This document shows, piece by piece, positions 36,915 to 46,287 of a stretch of 64,000 nucleotides of DNA. The DNA lies in assembly GCA_041747555.1 (NCBI GenBank), contig JBGTEY010000013.1:16814-80813 (forward strand), read 5' to 3'. The DNA is from Patescibacteria group bacterium (lineage in GTDB: Bacteria; Patescibacteriota; Microgenomatia; UBA1400; PJMF01). The first letter of the stretch is position 1. The number at the start of each line of letters is the position of its first letter. Below the pieces are notes generated by a model. The model saw only the letters and a list, made by a program, of their open reading frames with translations. It had not been told where the DNA came from and made no database searches. The translations under genes were made by a program, and so were the position numbers.

Positions 36915-38498
36915 ATGAGAACGTCCAGCACACTGCCCGAGCCACTTAAAAAAATAGTTGCGGCTTCCACAAAGGTGTATACCAGGGTCTATTCCAGAAT
37001 ATCTGGGTTTGGATGGGAAGAGAAGGTTTTAATACTTATTTTTTTTGCTGCCTGTTATTTACGCCTCTATAATATTCCCGATACCGTGCAATTTTTAGGT
37101 GATCAGGGCAGGGATGCGTTGATTGTTTCTCGGATATTTACCGAAGGCGACTTAGCGTTTATTGGGCCGGTTACCAGCGTTGGAAATGTATACCTTGGGC
37201 CGGCATATTACTATTTTATGCTGCCATTTTTGTGGCTGAGTTATCCAAGTCCACTTGGTCCTGTATATGCTGTTGCTGCACTTAGTATCTTTACGACTGC
37301 TTGCATGTATCTGTTTGGCAAGCACATGTTTGGAAAAAGAACTGCGCTGATTGCAACCGCGTTGTTCGCATTTTCAAGTACAGTTGTCACGTATGCGCGA
37401 TTTAGCTGGAATCCAAATCCTGCACCATTTGTTTCCTTGTTTGTTTTGTATGCAACGTGGAGATCGTTTAATGATGCTCGGTGGTTGATTGGCGTTATTG
37501 CGGGGTTAAGTCTTTTGGTCCAGCTTCACTATTTAACGTTGCTGCTGTTTCCTGCAATCGGGCTCATTTGGTTGTACCAATTGTGGCAGCTCCATCAAGC
37601 TACCAAAAAAAATGTGATGGAGGTATTAAAGCCAACAGCGATCGGCATAATTATTTTTGCAGCATCGCTAGTACCATTACTTTTATTTGACATGAAACAT
37701 GACTGGCTCAACTCGAGAGCATTTTATGAAATGTTTTTTGGAAACTCAGAACTCAACGTTGATGATGCCTCACTGGGGAGTAAATTGCTGAGTGCACTTA
37801 CAGAAACTCATGGTCGAAGCATGCACATTCTATTCGAAATAACGATCGGAAAGTTTCGAATGCTCAATTCCGCATTACTTATCGGTTTTTTGGGAGGAAT
37901 GTGGTACTTAGTGCGATCAGATCATAAGCACCAGTTGGGTCTGCGCATACTGCTCATTATTTTCATAACCAGCGTCATCGGAATTAGTTTTTATCAACAC
38001 TCAGTTTTTGATCACTACATTGCATATTTGTTTCCAGTAACCATGTATTTGCTTGCTATCGCGATTAATGAACTTCTTACTATTAAATATATAGGACCGG
38101 TTGCTGCATTTGCTTTTGCATTTTACTTTGTTGGATTCAATCTACGAACGTATCCACTTGATTCGCTTGGGTGGACGATGTCTGATATGCAAAAAACTAC
38201 TATGACAATTTTAGAACGTATTGATGACAATGAGAAATATAACCTTGTGCTCTTATCACCAACTGGCGATATTGAGGCACTGAGCTATCGATACTTTTTA
38301 CACGCAAGTGACAAACCACCGTTGCGAACAGAAGAACGACTTGAAGCAGAAACCCTTTTTATAATCGATGAAGATCGAACGCTGCAAAAATCAACAGACT
38401 CACCTGTGTATGAAATAGTTGTGTTTCCAAATAAAGAGCCTGATGAGATCTATGAAATTCAGGGTGGTCCAAGGATAACAGTACTGAGAAGAGAATAG
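36915..38498 (+). CDS. Putative GT-C fold membrane glycosyltransferase (GtrC-like partner)
   Basis: About 12 TM helices plus a roughly 120-aa C-terminal soluble domain. Directly follows the GtrA/GtrB fusion gene. Confidence 0.45.
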   Translation: MRTSSTLPEPLKKIVAASTKVYTRVYSRISGFGWEEKVLILIFFAACYLRLYNIPDTVQFLGDQGRDALIVSRIFTEGDLAFIGPVTSVGNVYLGPAYYYFMLPFLWLSYPSPLGPVYAVAALSIFTTACMYLFGKHMFGKRTALIATALFAFSSTVVTYARFSWNPNPAPFVSLFVLYATWRSFNDARWLIGVIAGLSLLVQLHYLTLLLFPAIGLIWLYQLWQLHQATKKNVMEVLKPTAIGIIIFAASLVPLLLFDMKHDWLNSRAFYEMFFGNSELNVDDASLGSKLLSALTETHGRSMHILFEITIGKFRMLNSALLIGFLGGMWYLVRSDHKHQLGLRILLIIFITSVIGISFYQHSVFDHYIAYLFPVTMYLLAIAINELLTIKYIGPVAAFAFAFYFVGFNLRTYPLDSLGWTMSDMQKTTMTILERIDDNEKYNLVLLSPTGDIEALSYRYFLHASDKPPLRTEERLEAETLFIIDEDRTLQKSTDSPVYEIVVFPNKEPDEIYEIQGGPRITVLRRE

Positions 38499-38531
38499 AG
38501 ACAACCTATCGAGCTTGAGGTAATATAGTGT

Positions 38532-39317
38532 ATGATAGTCACCATGAAACCTTTTGTATCTGTCGTTATTCCATCATTTAATGAAATGAATAATATCAAG
38601 AAACGAGTTCTTGATGACGTGTACCTATTCATGAGCTCGCAATCTTATGCTTTTGAAATTATCCTCAGTGACGATGGTTCAACAGATGGCACAGTAGACG
38701 CACTCATTGCATTCGCCTCAGATAAAAAAGAAGTGCGGGTACTAGAAAATGCTCATGCTGGAAAAGCACCAACGGTGAAAAGCGGCATGCTCGAAGCCAA
38801 GGGAGAATGGAGACTCTACACCGACTTTGATCAATCAACGCCCATTTCCGAGCTCACGAACCTTCTTGAAACTGCAAACAAAGGTCATGACATCGTCATC
38901 GGCTCAAGAGAGATGGTTGGAGCTAAGCGAGAGAAAGAACCTTGGTATCGGCGATTGATGGGGAGAGGATTTAATATTTTGGTGCAAATAATTGCTGTGC
39001 CTGGCATTCTTGATACACAGTGCGGATTTAAACTTTTTTCTGATACAGCTACAGATCAGCTGTTTAATCAACTTATCGTATATGGTTCTCAGAAGGAGCG
39101 TGCAGACGCCTATACCGGCGCATTTGATGTTGAGTTACTTTTCTTGGCATATAAGCAGGGGTACTCAATTAGAGAAGTGCCCATACAATGGAATCATGCA
39201 GAGACCAATAGAGTCAGTCCAATCAAAGACTCGATTAGAATGTTGTGGGACATTATCAAAATTAAAGCACAGTATGTCTTCGGAAATTACTCATTAGAGC
39301 AGTCATTGAAAGCATGA
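38532..39317 (+). CDS. Family 2 glycosyltransferase (Dpm1/GtrB-like, soluble)
   Basis: VSVVIPSFNEMNNI...ILSDDGSTDGT GT2 motifs. Confidence 0.75.
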   Translation: MIVTMKPFVSVVIPSFNEMNNIKKRVLDDVYLFMSSQSYAFEIILSDDGSTDGTVDALIAFASDKKEVRVLENAHAGKAPTVKSGMLEAKGEWRLYTDFDQSTPISELTNLLETANKGHDIVIGSREMVGAKREKEPWYRRLMGRGFNILVQIIAVPGILDTQCGFKLFSDTATDQLFNQLIVYGSQKERADAYTGAFDVELLFLAYKQGYSIREVPIQWNHAETNRVSPIKDSIRMLWDIIKIKAQYVFGNYSLEQSLKA

Positions 39318-40615
39318 AGTTTTTTACTTCACTCCCCAAACCAATTCCGTTACTATTGGTTGTTTATTCAGTATTGTTCTGGGTTTTTTCGATCTTTTCA
39401 TATGCGCTTACCGATCCTAACTTGGTATTGATTAGCTGGGCGCCATATCAAACTTTCCAGAATTGGATGTGGAGCTCAATTGGGAGCAATCAACAATACT
39501 TATCATCTTTGTATGGGATTATTGTGGCTGGAATGGCGCTTCTCTATGTGTTGATTATTCTTCACCTATTCAAAGCTAAGAAAGAATTTTCAAAGTTGCC
39601 GCTTTCATACTTGGCACTACTTTGGTTGGTTCTTTTTGTGGCCCCACTCATGGTATCAATGAATGCGTTGTCTCATGATGTTTTTAACTACATCTTTAAT
39701 GCCAAAATGGCAGTTGTATACGGCGCAAATCCTCATGTGAGTGTTGCGTTGGACTTTCCTCAAGATTTATGGACTCGATTTATGCACAACACGCATACAG
39801 CGGCACCCTATGGATACGGATGGACGGCACTTTCACTTATTCCATTTGGCTTGGGTTTTGGTGTGTTTAGCATAACTTGGGTAATGTTTAGGCTGTTTAT
39901 GATTGGTGGGATTTTTGTGCTTTACTTTGGATTGCAAAGACTTTCAAGGGCTTTGCGGGATGTTACTGTGCCATTGTCACACTTGGCAGTTCTATTTTTA
40001 AATCCTCTTTTTTTGATCGAAACTATTAGTTCTATGCATAATGATGTTTGGATGATGGCGCTGGCGGTATGGGCAATTGCATTGATTCTACCCCTCAAAA
40101 TAAGTATGAAGCAGGTCTTGGCCTCAGCACTTTTACTGATCATGTCGATCTCAATTAAATATGTGACAGTTGTGCTTGTTCCCATCTGGTTATTTTTTGC
40201 GGCCAGCACTATTCTTGAATCAAAAGTTGCAACATTGATGCAGAATAAACTTAGAATTCCTGCCCGAATAGTTGAGATGTTGTTGCAAAAAGTAGTGTCT
40301 CTAGCAACTAATTTTCTACCCTTACTCATCTCAGTGCTATTTATTCTCCCACTCTTCACCGCAAGATCACAGCAGTTTCACCCTTGGTATTTGATATGGG
40401 CACTAGTCTGGATCCCAGAGATTAAAAGCGCGTGGTGGAGGTGGTCGCTTATCGCACTCTCAATAAGTAGTCTCTTTCGCTATCTCCCGTGGTTGTTTCA
40501 TGGAGGATACTCAAGTGAAATTTTGCTACAACAAAAAAGCATTACGTGGTTACCATTTTTCTTGATTTTGGTTCTGCAAGTGATGTGGTGGCATGCAAAG
40601 AGAGAGAAGGCATGA
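39314..40615 (+). CDS. Polytopic membrane protein, possible GT-C (GT87/DUF2029-like) mannosyltransferase
   Basis: More than 10 TM helices. Loop SHDVFNYIFNAK...TAAPYGYGWT is weakly reminiscent of the GT87 family. Coupled to neighbouring GT genes. Confidence 0.35.
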   Translation: MKFFTSLPKPIPLLLVVYSVLFWVFSIFSYALTDPNLVLISWAPYQTFQNWMWSSIGSNQQYLSSLYGIIVAGMALLYVLIILHLFKAKKEFSKLPLSYLALLWLVLFVAPLMVSMNALSHDVFNYIFNAKMAVVYGANPHVSVALDFPQDLWTRFMHNTHTAAPYGYGWTALSLIPFGLGFGVFSITWVMFRLFMIGGIFVLYFGLQRLSRALRDVTVPLSHLAVLFLNPLFLIETISSMHNDVWMMALAVWAIALILPLKISMKQVLASALLLIMSISIKYVTVVLVPIWLFFAASTILESKVATLMQNKLRIPARIVEMLLQKVVSLATNFLPLLISVLFILPLFTARSQQFHPWYLIWALVWIPEIKSAWWRWSLIALSISSLFRYLPWLFHGGYSSEILLQQKSITWLPFFLILVLQVMWWHAKREKA

Positions 40616-42186
40616 AAACTAAATTAGCGATTATGATCTTGGTTCTTGCATATCTATGCACTAGATTGATTGGTCTTGGCGCATTTCCTGTCTTTGCTGA
40701 CGAGGCAATTTACATTCGCTGGACGCAACTGATGATCGATTCGTTAAGTGAGTACGCGTTTTTTCCTCTTAATGATGGCAAGACCCCGCTCTTTATGTGG
40801 ATGATGATTCCATTTCAGTATTTGTTTCAAGATCAATTGGTTGCAGGCAGGTTCGTTTCAGTCGTTATTGGTGGTTTGCAGGTTATTGTTACCGGGCTAA
40901 TACTGAGTGGACTTGGGGTTGGGAAAAGAGCGGCATATATTGCAAGTGGATTAGTTGTACTGTTGCCATTTTGGGTGCTTCATCACCGGTTGGCACTGAT
41001 AGATGGAACGTTGACATTCTTCTTGACACTATCTGTGTATTTTCTACTTAAAGCAGTTACTCTTGATCAATCGCGCAGCATCTGGAAGTGGCGAATATTG
41101 TCTGGATTCAGTCTAGGAGCAGCGCTACTTACAAAGATTCCTGCGGTGTTGGCAGTTCCTTCACTTGGAGTTCTGGCGCTGTTTCTCATGAAAAATGAGC
41201 AAAAAAAGTTCAGACTGAGTCGATTTGAATTTATGCACCGTAGTGTTACGTTTGCGAGTATCTGCACAGTAGCGCTCATCGTCTTTTTATCACTCAAAAT
41301 TCACCCTGCATTTGGTCAGTTATTCAGAAGGGGCGGAGATTTTTTACACCCATTTTCTGATGTATTCTTCCAAGGAATGTGGAAAGACACGATCGGTAGT
41401 ATTCCAAATTATATACGCTATTTTCTCCAGTATCTGACACCAGCAGTATCTGCAGTGATGCTAATTGGCTTATTCCTAAAGAAACATCAGCAGCGAACGC
41501 ATCTCTTTTTTTGGTGTGGAGTCCTATTTATTTTGCCAATCGCGCTTCTGGGAAAGGTCGTGTATCCTCGTTATCTCTTTCCCGCCACTCTCTTTTTTAC
41601 TGTTGCTGCCGCACTGAGTTTTGATGCACTTATAGATCTCACGAGTCGCCTCAAAGGGGTAAGGCAGATTGCAGTTGGGGCAATTCTGGCGCTTTTGATC
41701 GCGAATACAGTCACTCAGTCAATGGCTTTTGCTATTCCGCTAATGAGTGATTACAACATGACGCCCTTTGTCTCATCTGATAGAGAGCAGTATTTGACAG
41801 AATGGTCATCTGGGCATGGAGTGCATGAAGTTGTTCAACGTATTACCCAAGAATCTCAAGACAAAACGATTGCAGTTGCTACAGAAGGGCATTTTGGAAC
41901 GCTTCCTGACGGGATATTGCTCTATTTGCATCGCAGGCCCGTTGACTCACTGTATATTGAGGGAATTGGTCAGCCCGTACACTCTATTCCAGAGAAATTC
42001 TTGGAGCGAGCAAGAGGATTTGATGAAATATTTCTAGTCGTAAATAGTCATCGAATGATGATTCCACTTGATCAATCTTTATTGCGTGTTGAGTATTGCA
42101 GGCCTTTTGACGCGCCGTGTTTGCAGGTCTGGGATATAACTGACATTGAGACAATTCAACCGCAAACAGACGCTGTAAGTCAATAA
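40612..42186 (+). CDS. ArnT/PMT-like GT-C membrane glycosyltransferase
   Basis: FADEAIYIRW...FFPLNDGKTPLFMWMM matches the ArnT/PMT first-loop DE motif and KPPL-like segment. 11+ TM helices and a C-terminal soluble domain. Confidence 0.55.
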   Translation: MKTKLAIMILVLAYLCTRLIGLGAFPVFADEAIYIRWTQLMIDSLSEYAFFPLNDGKTPLFMWMMIPFQYLFQDQLVAGRFVSVVIGGLQVIVTGLILSGLGVGKRAAYIASGLVVLLPFWVLHHRLALIDGTLTFFLTLSVYFLLKAVTLDQSRSIWKWRILSGFSLGAALLTKIPAVLAVPSLGVLALFLMKNEQKKFRLSRFEFMHRSVTFASICTVALIVFLSLKIHPAFGQLFRRGGDFLHPFSDVFFQGMWKDTIGSIPNYIRYFLQYLTPAVSAVMLIGLFLKKHQQRTHLFFWCGVLFILPIALLGKVVYPRYLFPATLFFTVAAALSFDALIDLTSRLKGVRQIAVGAILALLIANTVTQSMAFAIPLMSDYNMTPFVSSDREQYLTEWSSGHGVHEVVQRITQESQDKTIAVATEGHFGTLPDGILLYLHRRPVDSLYIEGIGQPVHSIPEKFLERARGFDEIFLVVNSHRMMIPLDQSLLRVEYCRPFDAPCLQVWDITDIETIQPQTDAVSQ

Positions 42187-42256
42187 GTACATCATACTTA
42201 TTGCGACTCACAAACATAGCGTATATGATCGCGATCTTAGCTGCCCCATACCATTT

Positions 42257-42988
42257 ATGCGGCAGTTTATTTCACAACTCTCTAGTGCATTCAAAGGAGA
42301 TTCCTTTACCAAAAAGAATCTACGAGTGCTAGTTGAAAAAACTGATACAAACTCTAATGACCACGCACTTTTTTCTAACCCAAAAACCCTCGCACATGCT
42401 TGTGCAACGCCACTTACCGTTATTAAATGCTGTGTTCAACAAAGTTTGGAAAAATCAAATCTGTCTGAGCAACAAATGTTGCTTAACTCATCATTGGTAG
42501 CGATTGATCGCATGAAAAACATCTTGAATAGCGTGTTGGACAATCAGACTCCAAGAAGTGGACCAGTAGATCTCAATGTGCTTTTAACTGAGGCTATTAA
42601 GTTAGTGCAAAATTCAAATCAAAGTCAAATATCTTACATTACTGCGAGAACTATAGATGCACAAATACTGGGCAGTTCTACTTTAGTTAGTGAGATGCTA
42701 ATTTGCATACTCAAAAATGCAATCGAAGCCTCACGCAACGAGAAAATCATCGTGCATCTCTCAGCTCGAAAGGCTTGGGTTAGGATTGACATTACAGATT
42801 TCGGCCATGGTATGAGCGAGCGGCAGCTAAAACTAGCCTCAAAGACGTCTTTCAGTACAAAATCGACTGGCAATGGAATTGGGCTACCATTTGTACGCGA
42901 AACGATTCATCAATATGGGGGCACACTCTCAATTATGAGCAGAGTAGGTGTAGGAACCTGGATTTCAATCAGATTACCAAAGGCCTAG
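42257..42988 (+). CDS. Histidine kinase, cytoplasmic, no TM or sensor domain
   Basis: H-box LAHACATPLTVIK. HATPase_c N/G boxes (NAIEAS, DFGHGM, GNGIGL, GGTLSI). Confidence 0.7.
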   Translation: MRQFISQLSSAFKGDSFTKKNLRVLVEKTDTNSNDHALFSNPKTLAHACATPLTVIKCCVQQSLEKSNLSEQQMLLNSSLVAIDRMKNILNSVLDNQTPRSGPVDLNVLLTEAIKLVQNSNQSQISYITARTIDAQILGSSTLVSEMLICILKNAIEASRNEKIIVHLSARKAWVRIDITDFGHGMSERQLKLASKTSFSTKSTGNGIGLPFVRETIHQYGGTLSIMSRVGVGTWISIRLPKA

Positions 42989-43000
42989 CGAGCAATAATA

Positions 43001-43669
43001 TCACTCGCATCGGTATCCAAATCCACGAACAGTTTGCAAATACCTTGAGTAGTCACCGAGCGATATCCTCAGCCTTCGAATATAGACATCAATAGAGGCG
43101 TAACTCGGTGCATCATCGGCTGCGTGCCACACAGCATCAATTATCTTTTCTCGTGAAACGGTAGATGGGCGTGATCGTAGTAGGCAGGTTAGAATTGCAG
43201 CTTCTTTTCTGCGAAGCTGCTTCTCACCTTGTGGGGTAATTAACACACCACTCCCTGCAATAAATCTGGCTGCACCTATTTCATAGTCTTCTAGCGGTGG
43301 GTGCTTTACAACCTGAAGCAATTTATTAGATTTAATGAGAAGCTCTGGTAGTGAAAAAGGCTTGGGCACATAATCGTCTGCACCGTCTTCAAGTCCGCGA
43401 ATTCGTTCATCGAGGTGATGTTGTCTAGAAAGTACAATAATTTTCGTTTGAAAATGGCAATCACGTAAATACCGAGCGACTTCAAGCCCGTCGCCATCGG
43501 GTAGCATTCTATCCAAAAGCACCAAGTCAAACTGTTTGGACTCAAGCTGCGCATAGGCGTCAAAAATAGTATGAGACGTGTGACAACTATGTGACTTCTT
43601 CTCAATCTGTGCGCGGAGTAGATTAGCGAGTTGCCAATCGTCTTCAACAATCAGGACATTTTTTTTCAT
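43001..43669 (-). CDS. OmpR-family response regulator
   Basis: REC domain (LIVEDD...LVLLDRMLPDGDG...K) plus a C-terminal winged-helix (RRLRISL...VRGFGYRCE). Confidence 0.85.
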   Translation of the reverse strand: MKKNVLIVEDDWQLANLLRAQIEKKSHSCHTSHTIFDAYAQLESKQFDLVLLDRMLPDGDGLEVARYLRDCHFQTKIIVLSRQHHLDERIRGLEDGADDYVPKPFSLPELLIKSNKLLQVVKHPPLEDYEIGAARFIAGSGVLITPQGEKQLRRKEAAILTCLLRSRPSTVSREKIIDAVWHAADDAPSYASIDVYIRRLRISLGDYSRYLQTVRGFGYRCE

Positions 43670-43733
43670 GAAATCATCGTATGATAGACTTGTATCATAG
43701 ACAATGAAGCGGTCTTACTCATTGACACTCATG

Positions 43734-43804
43734 ATCCCGGACTAGGATTCGAACCTAGGATAACAGAGTCAGAATCTGTTGTGATGCCACTTCACTATCC
43801 GGGA
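43734..43804 (-). tRNA. tRNA-Gln (anticodon CUG)
   Basis: Minus-strand cloverleaf folded by hand. Acceptor stem UCCCGGA/UCCGGGA, D-stem GUGA/UCAC, anticodon stem ACAGA/UCUGU, loop UUCUGAC, T-arm CUAGG-UUCGAAU-CCUAG. U1-A72 is typical of bacterial tRNA-Gln. CCA not encoded. Confidence 0.8.
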
Positions 43805-43928
43805 TTGGCGCTTGAATTACGCTCTTATCAAAGCGATATTCTCGAGGTATAGCCTACCACAAAATGAATGCGTTTGCTATATAAATGCCTACTTCCACAC
43901 ACCTCATCACATATTGTACAATGAAAAT

Positions 43929-44519
43929 ATGGCATATAGTAACCAGTCTGAATTTAGTTCATTACGACGACATCATCACAAGTGGCCGTATATTGTTGCC
44001 GCCTTACTGCTTACTATTGTTATCTATCAATCAATCCGTGCTAGAGAAGCAGTCGCTCCCACAGATGAAGTGTCAGATATTGAAGTTCAGCAAGTAATTC
44101 AGTCAGAGGATCAGCAAGTTATAGAGAAAATTACTCCCGTGGATGGCTCATACACTGTTGGTGTTCAAGAATCTGATTTAAATTACTTACTAGCTCGAGA
44201 ACTAGACAATCAAGCTCCCAGTGACAACCCTGTTGTTGATGCGACCATAACCCTCAATCAAGGCGTAGGCGTCTTACTTCTGACCTGGAAACAGGGTCAA
44301 ATCCTTACGGCAGAGGTCGTTGTGGATGACACTAAAATTAACTTAGAAATTCAGAACACAACAGTTACGGGAGCAGGTCTCCTGAACAGCGTTATGGAAG
44401 TAGCGGCCACTAAATACCTCGAGCAAGCCATGGATACACTCACTCAGTCTGAGGACTTTCAAGATATTGCTCAAATCGATATCGTACCTGGTGAGCTACG
44501 GGTCTATTATGCGTTTTAG
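43929..44519 (+). CDS. Membrane-anchored hypothetical protein
   Basis: Internal ATG start, one TM (IVAALLLTIVIY), acidic ectodomain. Confidence 0.3.
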   Translation: MAYSNQSEFSSLRRHHHKWPYIVAALLLTIVIYQSIRAREAVAPTDEVSDIEVQQVIQSEDQQVIEKITPVDGSYTVGVQESDLNYLLARELDNQAPSDNPVVDATITLNQGVGVLLLTWKQGQILTAEVVVDDTKINLEIQNTTVTGAGLLNSVMEVAATKYLEQAMDTLTQSEDFQDIAQIDIVPGELRVYYAF

Positions 44520-44557
44520 CTACGACTAAAAAACTTACTTTTATAACAGTAATTATA

Positions 44558-46213
44558 TTACTGATTTACTTGATATAACTTGTGTAAATACTCATCAAGC
44601 ATTCGCTTTGAGCTAAATTTTTCTGATAGTTCAATTGATTTTTGCATCATGGTTATCCAGCGATCTGGTAACCCATCGGCATTGCAGGCATAAAAAAGCG
44701 GCACTATTTCTTCTTCTAGTGTCTGGTAGATACTTGTAGAAAGATCCTCATGATTAAGCTTCCAACCCACCTCAGACCAATCAACTTCCGCAGCCCAACC
44801 GTCTGCAACGGTGCATTGCAAAACTCCATTAGAAATTGCCTTCATACCAGAAGTTCCACTCGCTTCTCGACCAAACTCAGGGGTATTCAGCCACACGTCA
44901 GAGCCTCTCGTGAGCTGTTGTGCTACTTCAATTGAGTAATTAGGCACAAAGAGAGCGTGACCAGATAACTCATTTTGAAAAATTTTAATAATTGATTGCA
45001 ATTCGTGCTTTCCAGTCGTGTCCCCAATATGCGCTTTTCCAGAAACCAAGAGTTGAATGGGATGTTTTGAATTCTTGATCAGTTGTGTCAGTCTCTCTAA
45101 ATCACGAAAGAGTAGTGGAAGCTGCTTGTAACCCGCAATTCTTCGAGCCCAACTAATGACAAGACGATTGTGATCATACGTATATCCGGTGACACTTTGT
45201 ACGTATCGCGCCAAATCCTCTTTAAGCTGATGATGGCGGTTCCATAGTGCTGCAGGTGCATCCTTTTGTGAGTGGAGTTCTTGATCTTGCCATGTAGGAA
45301 GATGCACGCCATTCGTTACGTTTACCCAATCATATCGCGACCAGGTGCCCTGAGAAAGCTTGGTATGAAGTTCACTGACGCCATTGGCGCGGTGCGAAGT
45401 ATTGAGCGCATAGTTGGTGATCGAGAATACTTCTGGATCAAGATCTATGCCGTCTGCAAGGAGTTGCTCGGTACTTATTCCCATTTTTTGCGCATAATAC
45501 CGTGCAAATACTTTTAACAAATCCATAGAATACCCTTGATTTCCAGCTGCGACCAAGGTGTGGTTCGTATACACAGTTTTTTCAATTGCCAGTGTACGAG
45601 CACTCTGATAGTTCATCCCATGCGTATCCATGAACATTCTAATTAATTGCCAATGCAAGAAAGCAGGTCGTCCCTCATTCACGTGGTATAAATATGGTCT
45701 CACATCGAGTTCTCTGAGAAGTTTAATCCCACCTATGCCCAGTATAAGTTGCTGCTTCAGTTGCTGTTCTTGAGTTCCTGAGTAGAGAATTTGGGTAATG
45801 CTGCGTTCACTTAACTGATTTTGATCAGTTTCTGTATCAAGGAGGTAGAGTACAACGTTATTATTAAATGTCTTTTTCCAAACTCTGACCCAAACATCAA
45901 CCTCCGTTAGGTGAATTTTTAAAAATAAGGGATCATTATCAACATATACATGCTCAAGACCAACTGATAACGGATCAAAAAGATTGTCATGCTCAATCTG
46001 CATACCATCCTGAGTAAGACTCTGAATCGCCCCGTATCCTCTGTAAAGTAGTCCAATGCCAATGAAGGGGGTGCCATTGTCTGCAGCTTGCTTTATGGTG
46101 TCACCGGCTAAGATACCAAGTCCACCTGCATATATTGGGATAGAAGTATCAAATCCAAACTCTGCACAGAAGTAAGCGATAGGGTTTTGTGGGCTCAGGG
46201 CAGGAGTCGGCAT
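44558..46213 (-). CDS. glgP: Alpha-glucan phosphorylase (GT35, short archaeal/maltodextrin type)
   Basis: YAGGLGILAGDTIKQAADNGTPFIGIGLLY N-terminus and the PLP-lysine motif EASGTSGMK. Confidence 0.75.
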   Translation of the reverse strand: MPTPALSPQNPIAYFCAEFGFDTSIPIYAGGLGILAGDTIKQAADNGTPFIGIGLLYRGYGAIQSLTQDGMQIEHDNLFDPLSVGLEHVYVDNDPLFLKIHLTEVDVWVRVWKKTFNNNVVLYLLDTETDQNQLSERSITQILYSGTQEQQLKQQLILGIGGIKLLRELDVRPYLYHVNEGRPAFLHWQLIRMFMDTHGMNYQSARTLAIEKTVYTNHTLVAAGNQGYSMDLLKVFARYYAQKMGISTEQLLADGIDLDPEVFSITNYALNTSHRANGVSELHTKLSQGTWSRYDWVNVTNGVHLPTWQDQELHSQKDAPAALWNRHHQLKEDLARYVQSVTGYTYDHNRLVISWARRIAGYKQLPLLFRDLERLTQLIKNSKHPIQLLVSGKAHIGDTTGKHELQSIIKIFQNELSGHALFVPNYSIEVAQQLTRGSDVWLNTPEFGREASGTSGMKAISNGVLQCTVADGWAAEVDWSEVGWKLNHEDLSTSIYQTLEEEIVPLFYACNADGLPDRWITMMQKSIELSEKFSSKRMLDEYLHKLYQVNQ

Positions 46214-46287
46214 GGCGTTTTATGGTTAATCTGGTAAAGTAATAACAGTAACCATAGTACCAGAATTCATACTCGAAAGTACAGCCT

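Noticed and set aside
42986-43010. Bidirectional terminator between the convergent HK and RR genes (GCGAG-n11-CTCGC)
   Set aside because: Only 5 bp of stem, no U-tract on either strand, and it overlaps the RR stop codon. Too weak to call.
43734-43812. Possible integrated element at tRNA-Gln
   Set aside because: No integrase, no direct repeat of the tRNA 3' end, and flanking genes are ordinary chromosomal (response regulator, membrane protein).
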